IMG/VR virus record: IMGVR_UViG_3300021373_003472
Location: 1 to 53,518 of that record
Strand: one strand, 5' to 3'
DNA: 53,518 bases
From: a virus
Taxonomy: Duplodnaviria; Caudoviricetes
Positions 38,336 to 48,634 of this stretch are shown piece by piece. The translations under genes and the position numbers were made by a program. The notes beneath the pieces were generated by a model. It had not been told where the DNA came from, did no database searches, and worked only from the letters and a program-made list of their open reading frames with translations. Numbering within the stretch: the first letter of the stretch is position 1; every line of letters begins with the position of its first letter.

Positions 38336-39261
38336 AGTGCTAATTTTCTTTCCATTAAATTATAATAGGTTAATGGAACAGTGTTTTGGATTAGTTTGGT
38401 GAAATTTTTAAAACCCATTTCACTTGGATCCTTATCTTGTAAATCAACAAGATAGACTTCTTTACCTTCTGCCAATAGCATTTCACAAAATTGTAAAGCT
38501 TGTTTCATAGCATCCCTATCTAATGCTATATAAATTTTATCTACTAATGAAGTAACTATTTTTTTCATTAAGCTACTTTGTATATTTTTTCCTAATAAAG
38601 GAATTGCGTTTCTTTTTATTGCAATAGCATCAAATAATCCTTCACAAATAACAATAGGTAATTTCCAATTTATTAAATGTTCATTTGGGATTATATCTCT
38701 TGATGCTGAGGGGTTTCTATATTTTACATAAGGATCTTTTTCGAATGAACGAGCTGTAAAATAATTTAATCTACCATCTTCATCATAAGTAGGAATTATA
38801 ATCATATTGTTATATAAACCGCTTTTACAATAACCTATATTATATTTTAGAATATCGTATTTACTAATGTGTCTTTTTTTTAAGTACGCTAATGCGTGTT
38901 TAGCAGTGATATCGTTTAAATTACCGGTAGATAGGCTAATAAATTCATCTGGTAATGAAACACTAGATATAATTTGTGTTTCTTTTATTGATTTAGATGT
39001 TTTTACTAGTGATTTTAATTCAGTAAATTTATTACCATCTACTTTTAATTGTTTAAATAAATTATATATAGTAGTTCCTCTAACATTACAAGCCCAACAG
39101 TGCCAAGGGTTTTTACCTTCTCTATTTTCAGTTAAATTAACTTCTAATTTTGGTTTATGATGATGGCAAAAAGGACAATGGTAAGCATAATTATTTCTAG
39201 CGGTTGCCTTTCCTGATCCAAGTACAGAATTAACTAATGTAACTAATAATTGGTTTACCAT
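38332..39261 (-). CDS. DNA primase (zinc finger + TOPRIM)
   Basis: CPFC...HCWAC; ICEGLFDA; LDRDA; KDPSE; ATG 39261 preferred over TTG 39267. Confidence 0.9.
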   Translation of the reverse strand: MVNQLLVTLVNSVLGSGKATARNNYAYHCPFCHHHKPKLEVNLTENREGKNPWHCWACNVRGTTIYNLFKQLKVDGNKFTELKSLVKTSKSIKETQIISSVSLPDEFISLSTGNLNDITAKHALAYLKKRHISKYDILKYNIGYCKSGLYNNMIIIPTYDEDGRLNYFTARSFEKDPYVKYRNPSASRDIIPNEHLINWKLPIVICEGLFDAIAIKRNAIPLLGKNIQSSLMKKIVTSLVDKIYIALDRDAMKQALQFCEMLLAEGKEVYLVDLQDKDPSEMGFKNFTKLIQNTVPLTYYNLMERKLAL

Positions 39262-39266
39262 AAACA

Positions 39267-39298
39267 ATAATATACAACCTTATTTTTTTTATTCCAAA
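39267..39298 (-). promoter_or_regulatory. Bacteroidota-type -33/-7 promoter
   Basis: TTTG-N20-TATATTAT immediately before primase. Confidence 0.65.
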
Positions 39299-39304
39299 TA
39301 ATAT

Positions 39305-39332
39305 AAAAAGAAAGCCGACGAAAGTCGGCTTT
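39305..39332 (-). terminator. Intrinsic terminator
   Basis: AAAGCCGAC-gaaa-GTCGGCTTT stem with T tract on the minus strand. Confidence 0.8.
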
Positions 39333-39355
39333 GTTTCTTTTACATAGTTAAAGTC

Positions 39356-39628
39356 TTATTTTAGACCCACTTTAGCTGTAATGCGTCCATAAAGAGCTAC
39401 TGCTTGTCCAATTGCGAAAGTAACCGCAGCCCATACATTATCTAAAGACTCAACTAATCCACCAGGTTCATCTGCACCTAGTACTTCACCTGCAGCTCCT
39501 GCTATATCTACACTACCATTTGTAAGTGCAAATACAACTCCTGAAACTGAGGAAATGATCAAACCAATAATTGTTTTTGATTGGTACCAAGATTTTACAT
39601 CTTGGAATTTGTCTTGGATTTCTCCCAT
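39356..39628 (-). CDS. Small two-TM membrane protein (holin-like)
   Basis: KSWYQSKTII + two hydrophobic segments + YGRITA. Confidence 0.55.
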   Translation of the reverse strand: MGEIQDKFQDVKSWYQSKTIIGLIISSVSGVVFALTNGSVDIAGAAGEVLGADEPGGLVESLDNVWAAVTFAIGQAVALYGRITAKVGLK

Positions 39629-39664
39629 ATCATAAAAATTTATAATTCTCTTATAATTATGAAA

Positions 39665-40147
39665 TTATTTAGTTTCCTTTACAAGATCTTCAAATTCAAT
39701 ATTAGCTAAATCTCTAGTAAAAAATTTTCCTAAAATATTATCATTAAAAAACTCATCTGGTTTTTCTAATACTTGGTATATCATTTGATACTTTACTTCA
39801 AAGTAGGTTAATGATTTTTTATTAGGACATACTTTTAAAATCATACGTTCAAATTCATCTTTTTTACCTTCTGATAAAAGTGTTTTTATATCTTTTTGGG
39901 AACCATAATAATTCAACCAATCAGATTCTTTAACAGCTAGTTTGTAAGCAGGGCGACGTCCAACTACACCTTGTAGTTGTTCTAACTCTCTTTTTCCAAT
40001 TTTTACTTTACGTGTATGATATAAGACTTTTTTTCCGATGTAAGCTTTTCCAGAGGGTTTGTGAGTAACAATATAAACAAAACCAAATGTATTTTCTGGA
40101 AATTGAGTGATGTCCCCTATTTTTTTAGTTTTATAGGTCCAACTCAT
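39665..40147 (-). CDS. GIY-YIG-like nuclease-family protein
   Basis: GFVY...YIGKK, YYGS, E, N..I.G. Confidence 0.75.
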   Translation of the reverse strand: MSWTYKTKKIGDITQFPENTFGFVYIVTHKPSGKAYIGKKVLYHTRKVKIGKRELEQLQGVVGRRPAYKLAVKESDWLNYYGSQKDIKTLLSEGKKDEFERMILKVCPNKKSLTYFEVKYQMIYQVLEKPDEFFNDNILGKFFTRDLANIEFEDLVKETK

Positions 40148-40162
40148 AGTATTTAAATTTAG

Positions 40163-40170
40163 TATAAATA
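40163..40170 (-). promoter_or_regulatory. Putative late promoter TATTTATA
   Basis: 15 nt upstream of ATG 40147. Confidence 0.6.
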
Positions 40171-43100
40171 TTAATTCTCTCTTCGTTCTTCAGGTTCATA
40201 ATGTTTTATGCGCTCGTGCCATATGGGGGAAGCCAATAAAACTGCTGAATTTATTTCATTATTTTTTTGTTTTAAAAATACATAAGACATCCAAGTTTGT
40301 TCAAAGGGATTATCCCATTTTGTATCAATAAAAACTTTTTGATTACCTTTTTTAGACATAATCATAGGCCAGTTAGTGTATGTAATATCTCCTGTTATAT
40401 AAGCCACTCCATCTATAGCATCAATTCTATTAAATTGGGTTCTAGGGGCGTTTGGATCAATCCCATTAGTAGGAAGTTGGTCATAATCAGGCCAATATTC
40501 TGTTCTACTCTCTTGGGGTACATTATACCAGCTAGTTTGGATATTATTATCCCAATATACTTCTGTAAAAGACATTTTTAAATAATCAAAATCTTCTTTT
40601 ACCATTATCTTATGGAGAGTGTTGTATAAATTAGGGATATACTTTCTTAATCCATTTCTACAAAATTGACCTTCATATTCTGGGGGGTTAGATGTCATAT
40701 CATCTTCAAAAAAGAAATAGTAATCTGCATCCGAGTCATGGAAATGTTCTGCTGCTGCTTGTCTTCCACCACAAATTCCTTTATTTCCTTCTAAACTTAT
40801 ATATTCAAAATTATACTCTTGTGCTATTTCTTTATTTTTATTTCTGGAATCTTCATTTGTAGAATTATCTAAAAGTATAAGTTTTGGGTTTTCTAACCAC
40901 TCAGGTACTTTTTTCATTGATTCTATAGTATGAAGTACTTGTTCTGGAAAGTTAAAGGTAAGTATGTATAGGTTAGTTTTAATTTTATTTGGATTATATT
41001 TAGGTTGAATTAATTTTTTTCTTTCTGCTGGAATAGGTTCTAATTCAATATTATCATTTCCTAAGTTAATAGCAAATTTTACAATTAAGCCATTATCATC
41101 TAACATATACCTTCTATAAGTTTCAGGTTCTTGATACGCCATTATAGTAAAAATACTTTCTTCAGTGCCCATTAATCCTCTGTTTAAAGTATTATTTAAT
41201 AAATGCCAATAGGTTCCATTTCCCTCTTGGATTGTTTCTTTAGTACCACCAAATAAACCACCTCTACAAACATATTCAACAGGACAATTAGTATATTCTT
41301 GCATAGCTTTATGTTCAAACCCATGAACTTCATCTACAGCTTTATAAGGCCAACTTAAAAATAAAAATGGATCTAAATAATTTACTATTTTACTAAACCA
41401 ATTATCGGCAAAATAACTTTCATGTACTGACATTGTTATACCTGCATCAAGCCATATAAAATATTCAGAATCAAAAGGATTCCATACAGTAGCATTGTGT
41501 AATAATGAGTACTTACTCATTACTATAGGATTATACCATTCATTTTTACATTGAGGACTTTCTTTTAACCAACCTCCTTCTCCAGTAATATTCACCCATT
41601 CAGGAGAAGTTCGTATTTTTTGGGTCAAATCCCAAAAACCACCATACATTTCTTTAACGTCAGATAATTCATAGATTTTGACAAAAGTATTTTCTTTACT
41701 TCTTTTTTCCCATACTAATTTTTCTAGTTCTGCTGGAAGGTAAAGGAAAAGATTACAATCAAGAGTCATTAATCTTTCTAAATGATCAATGTACATACTA
41801 AAATCTTTTTTATGATTTCCAATGTCCCAAAGTCCAGATACTACTGTAAGTTTATCTGATGGTTTTTGTTCTTTTATGAATTTTTTGCTAATGTAAGTAT
41901 CTTGTAAAATTAAACCATCCATTTCTGTTGTCTTATATACTTCAAAAGCATCTTTATATGTATTTAAAATAGGTTTTCCATCTACATTAAATGAAGTGTT
42001 TAGTAATACTCCTATACCTGTTTCTTCTTTAAACTTAGTTAAAAGATCATATAACCATGGATTTTGTTCTTTAGTAACTGTTTGTACCCTTGCTGTTCCA
42101 TCTATATGGGTAATAGCTTGTAATTTTTCTTTCCATTCATTTTTTACTAAAGGACAATAATTCATCCATCTAGATTCTTTATCAAAATCAAAATAAATAG
42201 AAACATCTTCTAACCTTACTACAGGGGCAAATGGACGATACCATTCTCTATTTTTTACTTTAGCATTAAGAATATCTTTCATCCTTTCTATATTAGGATT
42301 ACAAATAATACTTCTATTACCTAATGCCCTTGGTCCATGTTCTGCTCCATCTCTTACAACCCCAATTATATTCCCTTTTTGAAGATCATTAATTACTTGG
42401 GAAATATTTGAAGATACTTCAAATTTTCCTTCATATTCATATTCATTTAAATATTGTGTTAAATTAAATTTATCAAATATTTTTGGCCCTGCATATGTTA
42501 TATCTATAGATTCTGTGGGTTTAATATGATTACAAAGCATACCAACAGATAAACCACAATCAGATGGATTTGGTGAAATAAAGGTTTCTCTTAATTTCGC
42601 TAATTTAGTATTTAGTAAAATATTTAATCCTCCTCCGCCAGTAATGTGCAAAGGCAGTGTAGGATAAGCATCAAGATGTGGTTGTAAAATTTCTAGTACC
42701 TTTTTTTCTAACATATATTGGTTAGTAGCCGCAAGGTCTTTACTATCCTCTGAATTAGCTAGGTTGTTTTCATCCAATGGAATGTTTAATCTGGTTAGTA
42801 TTTCTTTAAATATACCTTCGTGATCTACTCCAGTTTCTAATTCATACCATTTTTCAAATTCATCTAACCATTCATTTCTAACTTTACCATATCCTGCTAA
42901 TCCCATTAGTTTACCAGCATATACTAAGTTTCCAATTAAGTAATTAGATTCATGTTTTAGTTCACTAACATAATGACCAACCATCCCATAACAAACTCCA
43001 TAATTAACATTTTTATTTAAAATATCTTCAGGATTCTCTCCTTTTTTATGTTTAAATATTCTAAACCATCCATCATTACCACCACCATCAAATGATAGCA

Positions 43101-43449
43101 CTAAAGCTTCATTGTGGTTTGATTGGTATAAAGAACTACAAGAATGATTTTCATGATGGTTAGTTTGGATATACTGGTTTGATTTAAATACTTCTTTTAC
43201 TAAATCTAAATCTACTACATCATAATAGCAATAATCATAAGATTCTATTCCATACTTATCTTTAAAAATATCTTTAACAGATATTAATACATCTTTACTG
43301 TTATCCACTAATGTTGGGGGGTAAAAAAATAGAGAAGCATTTTTTTTATTTACTAATCTTTCAATTTCAATAACTTCTTTTATTTTTCCATCTATTGCTA
43401 AACTAATAGAAGCATTGTGAGAACCATATATTGCTAAAACTGTGTTCAT
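40171..43449 (-). CDS. Fusion: NodU/CmcH/TobZ-type carbamoyltransferase + HtrL/YibB-like + GT-A glycosyltransferase
   Basis: HHENH, DGGG, GKLMGL, EHGPRALGNRSI, RPFAP, LLNTSFN; then TVVSGLWDI...FIWLDAG...GGLFGG...TEESI; then DNST...FFFEDD. Confidence 0.8.
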   Translation of the reverse strand: MNTVLAIYGSHNASISLAIDGKIKEVIEIERLVNKKNASLFFYPPTLVDNSKDVLISVKDIFKDKYGIESYDYCYYDVVDLDLVKEVFKSNQYIQTNHHENHSCSSLYQSNHNEALVLSFDGGGNDGWFRIFKHKKGENPEDILNKNVNYGVCYGMVGHYVSELKHESNYLIGNLVYAGKLMGLAGYGKVRNEWLDEFEKWYELETGVDHEGIFKEILTRLNIPLDENNLANSEDSKDLAATNQYMLEKKVLEILQPHLDAYPTLPLHITGGGGLNILLNTKLAKLRETFISPNPSDCGLSVGMLCNHIKPTESIDITYAGPKIFDKFNLTQYLNEYEYEGKFEVSSNISQVINDLQKGNIIGVVRDGAEHGPRALGNRSIICNPNIERMKDILNAKVKNREWYRPFAPVVRLEDVSIYFDFDKESRWMNYCPLVKNEWKEKLQAITHIDGTARVQTVTKEQNPWLYDLLTKFKEETGIGVLLNTSFNVDGKPILNTYKDAFEVYKTTEMDGLILQDTYISKKFIKEQKPSDKLTVVSGLWDIGNHKKDFSMYIDHLERLMTLDCNLFLYLPAELEKLVWEKRSKENTFVKIYELSDVKEMYGGFWDLTQKIRTSPEWVNITGEGGWLKESPQCKNEWYNPIVMSKYSLLHNATVWNPFDSEYFIWLDAGITMSVHESYFADNWFSKIVNYLDPFLFLSWPYKAVDEVHGFEHKAMQEYTNCPVEYVCRGGLFGGTKETIQEGNGTYWHLLNNTLNRGLMGTEESIFTIMAYQEPETYRRYMLDDNGLIVKFAINLGNDNIELEPIPAERKKLIQPKYNPNKIKTNLYILTFNFPEQVLHTIESMKKVPEWLENPKLILLDNSTNEDSRNKNKEIAQEYNFEYISLEGNKGICGGRQAAAEHFHDSDADYYFFFEDDMTSNPPEYEGQFCRNGLRKYIPNLYNTLHKIMVKEDFDYLKMSFTEVYWDNNIQTSWYNVPQESRTEYWPDYDQLPTNGIDPNAPRTQFNRIDAIDGVAYITGDITYTNWPMIMSKKGNQKVFIDTKWDNPFEQTWMSYVFLKQKNNEINSAVLLASPIWHERIKHYEPEERREN

Positions 43450-43452
43450 TAT

Positions 43453-45054
43453 TTATTGTGTTATATAATGGTTTTCTATTATTAAACCATCTAATTCTGT
43501 TGTTTGAAGTATTAAAAAACCATCTTTAATAGTAGATAAAATAGGTTTTCCTGCTACATTAAATGAAGTATTTAGTAATACTCCTACACCTGTTTGTTTA
43601 TCTAATTCAGATAATAATTCATATAAAAATGAATTTTGTTCTTTGGTAACTGTTTGTATCCTGGCTGTGCCATCTATATGTGTAATAGAAGGTAATTTTT
43701 CTTTCCATTCTTCTTTAACCATAGGGCAAAAATTCATCCATCTACTTTCTCCTTCCCATTCAAAATATTTAGAAACATCTTCTAGTCTTACTACAGGAGC
43801 AAACGGACGGTACCATTCTCTATTTTTTACTTTAGCATTAAGAATATCTTTCATATTTGGAATACTAGGATCACAAATAATACTTCTATTACCTAATGCC
43901 CTTGGTCCATGTTCTGATTGGTCCCTAATTACTCCTATTATTTTACCATCTTTTAAGTTTTGTACTAATTGTTCAATATTTAATTCATTTACATCATGAG
44001 TATTTAAATATTCTAAAAGAGTACCTAAGTCTAAAATCGGAATACCTTTATAAGTTATATCAATTGGTGTTTTTGGTTTTAAATATGATAATAATAACCC
44101 TACTCCAAGACCACAATCATTAGGATTTGGACCAATAAAAACTTCTTTATTAAATTCAGTTTTAATTCTAGTATTTAGTATAATATTTAAGGCACACCCC
44201 CCAGTAAGTATTATAGGCATATCTTGATATTTTTCCATATAGGGTAAAGCAACTTCTAAAAAACATTCTTCAAAAGCTTTTTGTGAAGTAGCAGCAATAT
44301 CATATGCAATTTGTCCTTTTAACCTGTTATTTCTATCAAATTTTACTCCTATATTATCACCAATAATTTTATTAATTTCTTCTTCATACTCACCAGATGC
44401 TGCATTTGCTTTATAATAATCCATAAAATAAGGAATCCAATCTTCATGTACTTCCCCAAAAGCACATAATCCCATAATTTTACCTGGGTATATTAGATTA
44501 CCATCTGTTAGTGGGATTTGTGTTATATCATCAAAAAAATCTCCAAAAGTTGCATATGGAAAACCTAAATCATAATAAATGTGATCATTTCCTAAAATAG
44601 GATTTTTAACTTTATTAACTAACATAGGTCCTTGTTCTCTATTAGCTAAATAAATATTAAATTTACCATCATCACCCCCTCCATCAAATGAAAATATTAA
44701 AGCACTTTCATATGGAGATTGATAAAAAGCTCCATTAGCATGAGACTCATGATGATTAGGATAAATAAAATTTTTAGCATTAATTTTTTTTGCTAAATTA
44801 GTTGACACTCCATTATGATGAATTACAGAACAATTAGCTATGCAGTTATCAAATTCTTTTATACCATATGTTTTTTCAATCCAATCAAGAATAAAATCTA
44901 CAAGTGTCCAAGGATGTCTGTAAGTTTTGTACTGACATATACCTGAGTTTTTTACACCTGTAATTCTTTCTGTTTCTATAACACATAAAATTTCTCCTTT
45001 ATCTTCTACTACTATAGAACCGTTATGTGAACCGTAAAATGAAATATTAGCCAT
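43453..45054 (-). CDS. NodU/CmcH/TobZ-type O-carbamoyltransferase
   Basis: HHESHA, DGGG, GKIMGL, GGCALN, GPRALGNRSI, LLNTSFN. Confidence 0.92.
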   Translation of the reverse strand: MANISFYGSHNGSIVVEDKGEILCVIETERITGVKNSGICQYKTYRHPWTLVDFILDWIEKTYGIKEFDNCIANCSVIHHNGVSTNLAKKINAKNFIYPNHHESHANGAFYQSPYESALIFSFDGGGDDGKFNIYLANREQGPMLVNKVKNPILGNDHIYYDLGFPYATFGDFFDDITQIPLTDGNLIYPGKIMGLCAFGEVHEDWIPYFMDYYKANAASGEYEEEINKIIGDNIGVKFDRNNRLKGQIAYDIAATSQKAFEECFLEVALPYMEKYQDMPIILTGGCALNIILNTRIKTEFNKEVFIGPNPNDCGLGVGLLLSYLKPKTPIDITYKGIPILDLGTLLEYLNTHDVNELNIEQLVQNLKDGKIIGVIRDQSEHGPRALGNRSIICDPSIPNMKDILNAKVKNREWYRPFAPVVRLEDVSKYFEWEGESRWMNFCPMVKEEWKEKLPSITHIDGTARIQTVTKEQNSFLYELLSELDKQTGVGVLLNTSFNVAGKPILSTIKDGFLILQTTELDGLIIENHYITQ

Positions 45055-45952
45055 CTTGATGAATAATTAAATGATAATGATCCATCATTTCTTTTACCCA
45101 TTTTTCAGGGTATGTTACTTGGTCATTAACATGTGTTCCTGTAATATTTCTTAATACGTGGCAACCTGTGTGATCAGGAAAAGGTAAATTATCTAAAACA
45201 GGGAAGCTATTACAATTTCTGCCTAAAGTATTAATCACTCTCCAATCTGTTTCTTTATCCCAAGCTACACATTTTATATCCTTTTTATGTTTATAAGCAT
45301 AATATCCTACTAAAATATCATCAGACCAATGATTATTAAATATAAATTCTTCATTTAAAAAATCATCTTCAAAAAAAGATCTTTTATAACTTACTGAATG
45401 CCAATGCCCTGTAATCATTATATTATGATCATAAAATAAAGGGAAAACATCTGGCATAGGAGCAAAAGTAAATTTCTTATTCCCTTCTTCATCAGTCCAA
45501 GTTCTTTTCTGGAGTAATCTATCACCTCTGAATGCAATTGCACTATCAGGATATTGTTCTAATTTTTTCAGATGATATTCTAACATATCAGGATGGTATA
45601 AATTATCATCATCTAATATAATTAGAGTATCATCTTTTTTATCTGTATACTGTAAAGCACCAACAATTTTAGTTGGAGGACCATAATCTTTTAATCTGTT
45701 AATTATCAAATGGTCGTATTCTTTTTTTAATTCTTCTACCCATTGTGGAATTTGAATTTCATCACCTTTATCAGTATTTTGAGGCAATCTTCCAATATTA
45801 TCTGCTAATCTTGCTGTATATTTAAAAGGTACATTATAAAGAACTTTATATTTCTTATCAGTATTTTGGGTTAAAAGAGAAACTAAATTTTGCCTTGATG
45901 ATTGTTCAAAATTCATTCTATCAGGTACGGTAGTTAAAGATATATAAATCAT
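45047..45952 (-). CDS. GT-A fold glycosyltransferase
   Basis: ISLTTVPDR, DYGPPTK, LDDD, SDDI. Confidence 0.7.
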   Translation of the reverse strand: MIYISLTTVPDRMNFEQSSRQNLVSLLTQNTDKKYKVLYNVPFKYTARLADNIGRLPQNTDKGDEIQIPQWVEELKKEYDHLIINRLKDYGPPTKIVGALQYTDKKDDTLIILDDDNLYHPDMLEYHLKKLEQYPDSAIAFRGDRLLQKRTWTDEEGNKKFTFAPMPDVFPLFYDHNIMITGHWHSVSYKRSFFEDDFLNEEFIFNNHWSDDILVGYYAYKHKKDIKCVAWDKETDWRVINTLGRNCNSFPVLDNLPFPDHTGCHVLRNITGTHVNDQVTYPEKWVKEMMDHYHLIIHQDG

Positions 45953-45956
45953 GTTT

Positions 45957-46700
45957 TTATATTAAATTTAAAAAAGATAAATCACTGTCAGGTCTAGATA
46001 AATCATTTCCTCTATCTAAAAAACTACAAGGATAATGTTTTTTATCCTCTTTAATATAAGGAACTAAATCTTTATTTACAAAAGAAAGTTCAATTACTTC
46101 AGGAAGGGAATATTGTTTTATATAATTTGTATTAGGAACAATTTCTTCATATGCAAAGTTATTAGCATAATTATTTCCATGGACATGAATTAAATAATAA
46201 TACTCATTAAGTTTATTTATACATTCAAAAAATTCTTTTTGTCTAGTAGGATCTTGAAGCCAATGAAATTCAAAAACTAACCCAGTTGTTACTTCACTAA
46301 GTTTTTGAATATCTGTATTTAGGATATATTCACATTCTGCTCCTTCTACATCAGCTTTGAATAAAACTCTATCTGTAATTCCTGATTGTTCATAATGGGA
46401 TAAAAAATTATCCATATTATCTGTTTTAAACGATGATATTCCTTCTTTGGTATAAATTATATTATTTTTATAATTTTCATCTATTTCAATTCCTTCTATA
46501 GTATGGTCATAACAAAATGCTTTATTTCCAGTTGCATCTACATATGCTTTTTCAAAAGATATATCATTTCCTACTCCATAACTAAAAAGTGAAACACTTT
46601 TTCCTATTGATTGTAAAGCCACAACATACCCCCCATCCCAAAGATTTCCAATTCTTACTTTTTGTAAAATAGGATCATAAAGTTTTAAAGAGTTTATCAT
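45957..46700 (-). CDS. FkbM-like methyltransferase
   Basis: RIG...DGGY, SYGVGNDISFE, KADVEGAE, FEFH, HVHGNN. Confidence 0.8.
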   Translation of the reverse strand: MINSLKLYDPILQKVRIGNLWDGGYVVALQSIGKSVSLFSYGVGNDISFEKAYVDATGNKAFCYDHTIEGIEIDENYKNNIIYTKEGISSFKTDNMDNFLSHYEQSGITDRVLFKADVEGAECEYILNTDIQKLSEVTTGLVFEFHWLQDPTRQKEFFECINKLNEYYYLIHVHGNNYANNFAYEEIVPNTNYIKQYSLPEVIELSFVNKDLVPYIKEDKKHYPCSFLDRGNDLSRPDSDLSFLNLI

Positions 46701-46706
46701 TTTTTT

Positions 46707-47666
46707 TTATTTTAGTTTATTTAAATTAATTAATTCTGTAAATATTTTAGTATGAGATTCTAAAGTACAATTTTCATCCCACCATTTTCTTCCGTTTTCT
46801 GATAGAAAAATTCTATAATCTTTATCTTGTTTTACTTTTTCAAAAGTTTCTATATAAGCATCCGCTAATGATTTATAATCTGAAAAATCAGGGCATGGTA
46901 CTTCTGCATAATGGTAGTTAGGGATTAATTTATTATGGTATTGTATATGTAATTTTGGTCTTACTAAAGCAGCCCCCAATCCTAAAGCCTCAAAAGTTCT
47001 ATTAGATACTTCAGCTCCACCATTAAAATCAATATGAATTGAATATTTAGATAATTCTTTAATAAAATCTCTAGGGGGAATAGCTGGGGTTAGGTTAAAT
47101 CTAGTATCATATTTTTTTATATATTCTCTAAAATTCCATATTCCTCCTCCTATAAAAATAGGCTTCTCAGGAGAAATAGTTGATCTTTTTTTATTTTGAT
47201 AATATTGAATAGCTTTATATCCTTCCCAAAACCAAGTACTATTTGTACAAGGAGTATATTTTATAAGAGGGTGAAAGGGTTCATATGTTACATCTTCATG
47301 TTGTAATCCACCACAGGCAAATAATTCTATACAATTATCTAAATCTTCCCATAAATTATCTTTTCGTATTAAATGGTTTTTATCACAATAAGATATGGCT
47401 ATATGTTTACCATTATCTGGGTTTTCTAATAAAGGAATAAATATATTATATTTGGTACAACAACAATATGTTTCTGCTTTATCTTTATTATCAATAGGTA
47501 TTATTTCTATATCAGGATACTTTTGTTGAAGGCTTCTATACAAACTAACCATTGCATAAGATAAAAAAAAGTTACTTGCTCCTATAGAGGTAGAATCTAT
47601 AGGAGTATTTTTAACATCTTCTATAGTCCATCTTGCAGGTAGGGGTAAGTAAAAATTGATTTTCAT
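46707..47666 (-). CDS. Glycosyltransferase-like protein (GT-B C-terminal/CgeB-like)
   Basis: NRTFEALGLGA, LIPNYHY, LSENGRKWW; operon context. Confidence 0.55.
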   Translation of the reverse strand: MKINFYLPLPARWTIEDVKNTPIDSTSIGASNFFLSYAMVSLYRSLQQKYPDIEIIPIDNKDKAETYCCCTKYNIFIPLLENPDNGKHIAISYCDKNHLIRKDNLWEDLDNCIELFACGGLQHEDVTYEPFHPLIKYTPCTNSTWFWEGYKAIQYYQNKKRSTISPEKPIFIGGGIWNFREYIKKYDTRFNLTPAIPPRDFIKELSKYSIHIDFNGGAEVSNRTFEALGLGAALVRPKLHIQYHNKLIPNYHYAEVPCPDFSDYKSLADAYIETFEKVKQDKDYRIFLSENGRKWWDENCTLESHTKIFTELINLNKLK

Positions 47667-48634
47667 AGTTTATTTCTCCAATATTTTATCATTTCATCTA
47701 ACATCTCTTTAAAACTATATTCACGTTTCCAACCAGTCATTTCTTCTAATTTAGAAGGATCCCCTTTTGTTAATTTAATTTCTTTAGGTCTTAACATATT
47801 AGGATCAGTTTCAATATATTCTTTGTAATCCATTCCTAAACTAGAAAAAACATATTCACATAAATATTTTAAACTATTAAGTTCTCCTGAAGCACATACA
47901 AAATTATTAGGGTTTGATTGTTGTAAAATTAACCACATAGCTTGGACATGATCCTTAGCATGACTCCAATCTCTATAAACATCTAGATTACCTAATTTTA
48001 ATTTATCTTGTTTATTTTTATATATATTAACTGCTCCTTTTATAACTTTAGTAGTAACAAAATTATCTCCTCTACGTGGAGATTCGTGATTAAATGCAAT
48101 CCCTGTACTTATATACATGTTATAGGCTTCTTTATAAGTATTGCATATATTATAGCTAAATACGCGTGAACAGGCATATGGGTTATTAGGATTAAATGGA
48201 GTGCTTTCTCTTTGAAATCCATCACTATCTATATTATTCCCGAACATTTCAGAAGAAGAAGCTTGATAAATTCTTGTTTCAGGAGATATATTTTTTATAC
48301 ATTCTAATACATTCAAAGTCCCAGTTGATATAGTATTATTAGTATAAACTGGATTGTCAAAACTAATTCTAACATCTGATTGGGCTGCTAGATTATAAAA
48401 TTCGTTTGGTTTATATTTTTTTACAACTTTTTGTAAAGAATCTAAATCAGTTACATCAGCATATTCTAATATTATTTTATCTACTAAATGAGATATTCTA
48501 CTATTAGATAAATTAGCATTAAAAGAATGTCTTCTAATAGTACCTATAACTTTATATCCTTTAGATAACAATAACTCAGCAAGATATGAGCCATCTTGCC
48601 CTGTAATTCCAGTTATCAAAGCTGTTTTTTTCAT
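47663..48634 (-). CDS. gmd: GDP-mannose 4,6-dehydratase-like SDR
   Basis: ITGITGQDGSYLAELLL, NLAAQS, YQASSSEMFG, FNHESPRRG, LGNLD..RDW. Confidence 0.85.
   Translation of the reverse strand: MKKTALITGITGQDGSYLAELLLSKGYKVIGTIRRHSFNANLSNSRISHLVDKIILEYADVTDLDSLQKVVKKYKPNEFYNLAAQSDVRISFDNPVYTNNTISTGTLNVLECIKNISPETRIYQASSSEMFGNNIDSDGFQRESTPFNPNNPYACSRVFSYNICNTYKEAYNMYISTGIAFNHESPRRGDNFVTTKVIKGAVNIYKNKQDKLKLGNLDVYRDWSHAKDHVQAMWLILQQSNPNNFVCASGELNSLKYLCEYVFSSLGMDYKEYIETDPNMLRPKEIKLTKGDPSKLEEMTGWKREYSFKEMLDEMIKYWRNKL

Noticed and set aside
39665-40147. GIY-YIG protein as intron-encoded mobile homing endonuclease
   Set aside because: Free-standing, short, lacks an evident DNA-binding tail, and neighbours are not interrupted
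2576-43999. Other short plus-strand ORFs in the track (e.g. 3684, 6825, 10277, 16870, 30596, 34895, 43643)
   Set aside because: All lie antisense to well-supported minus-strand genes, with no motifs or promoters
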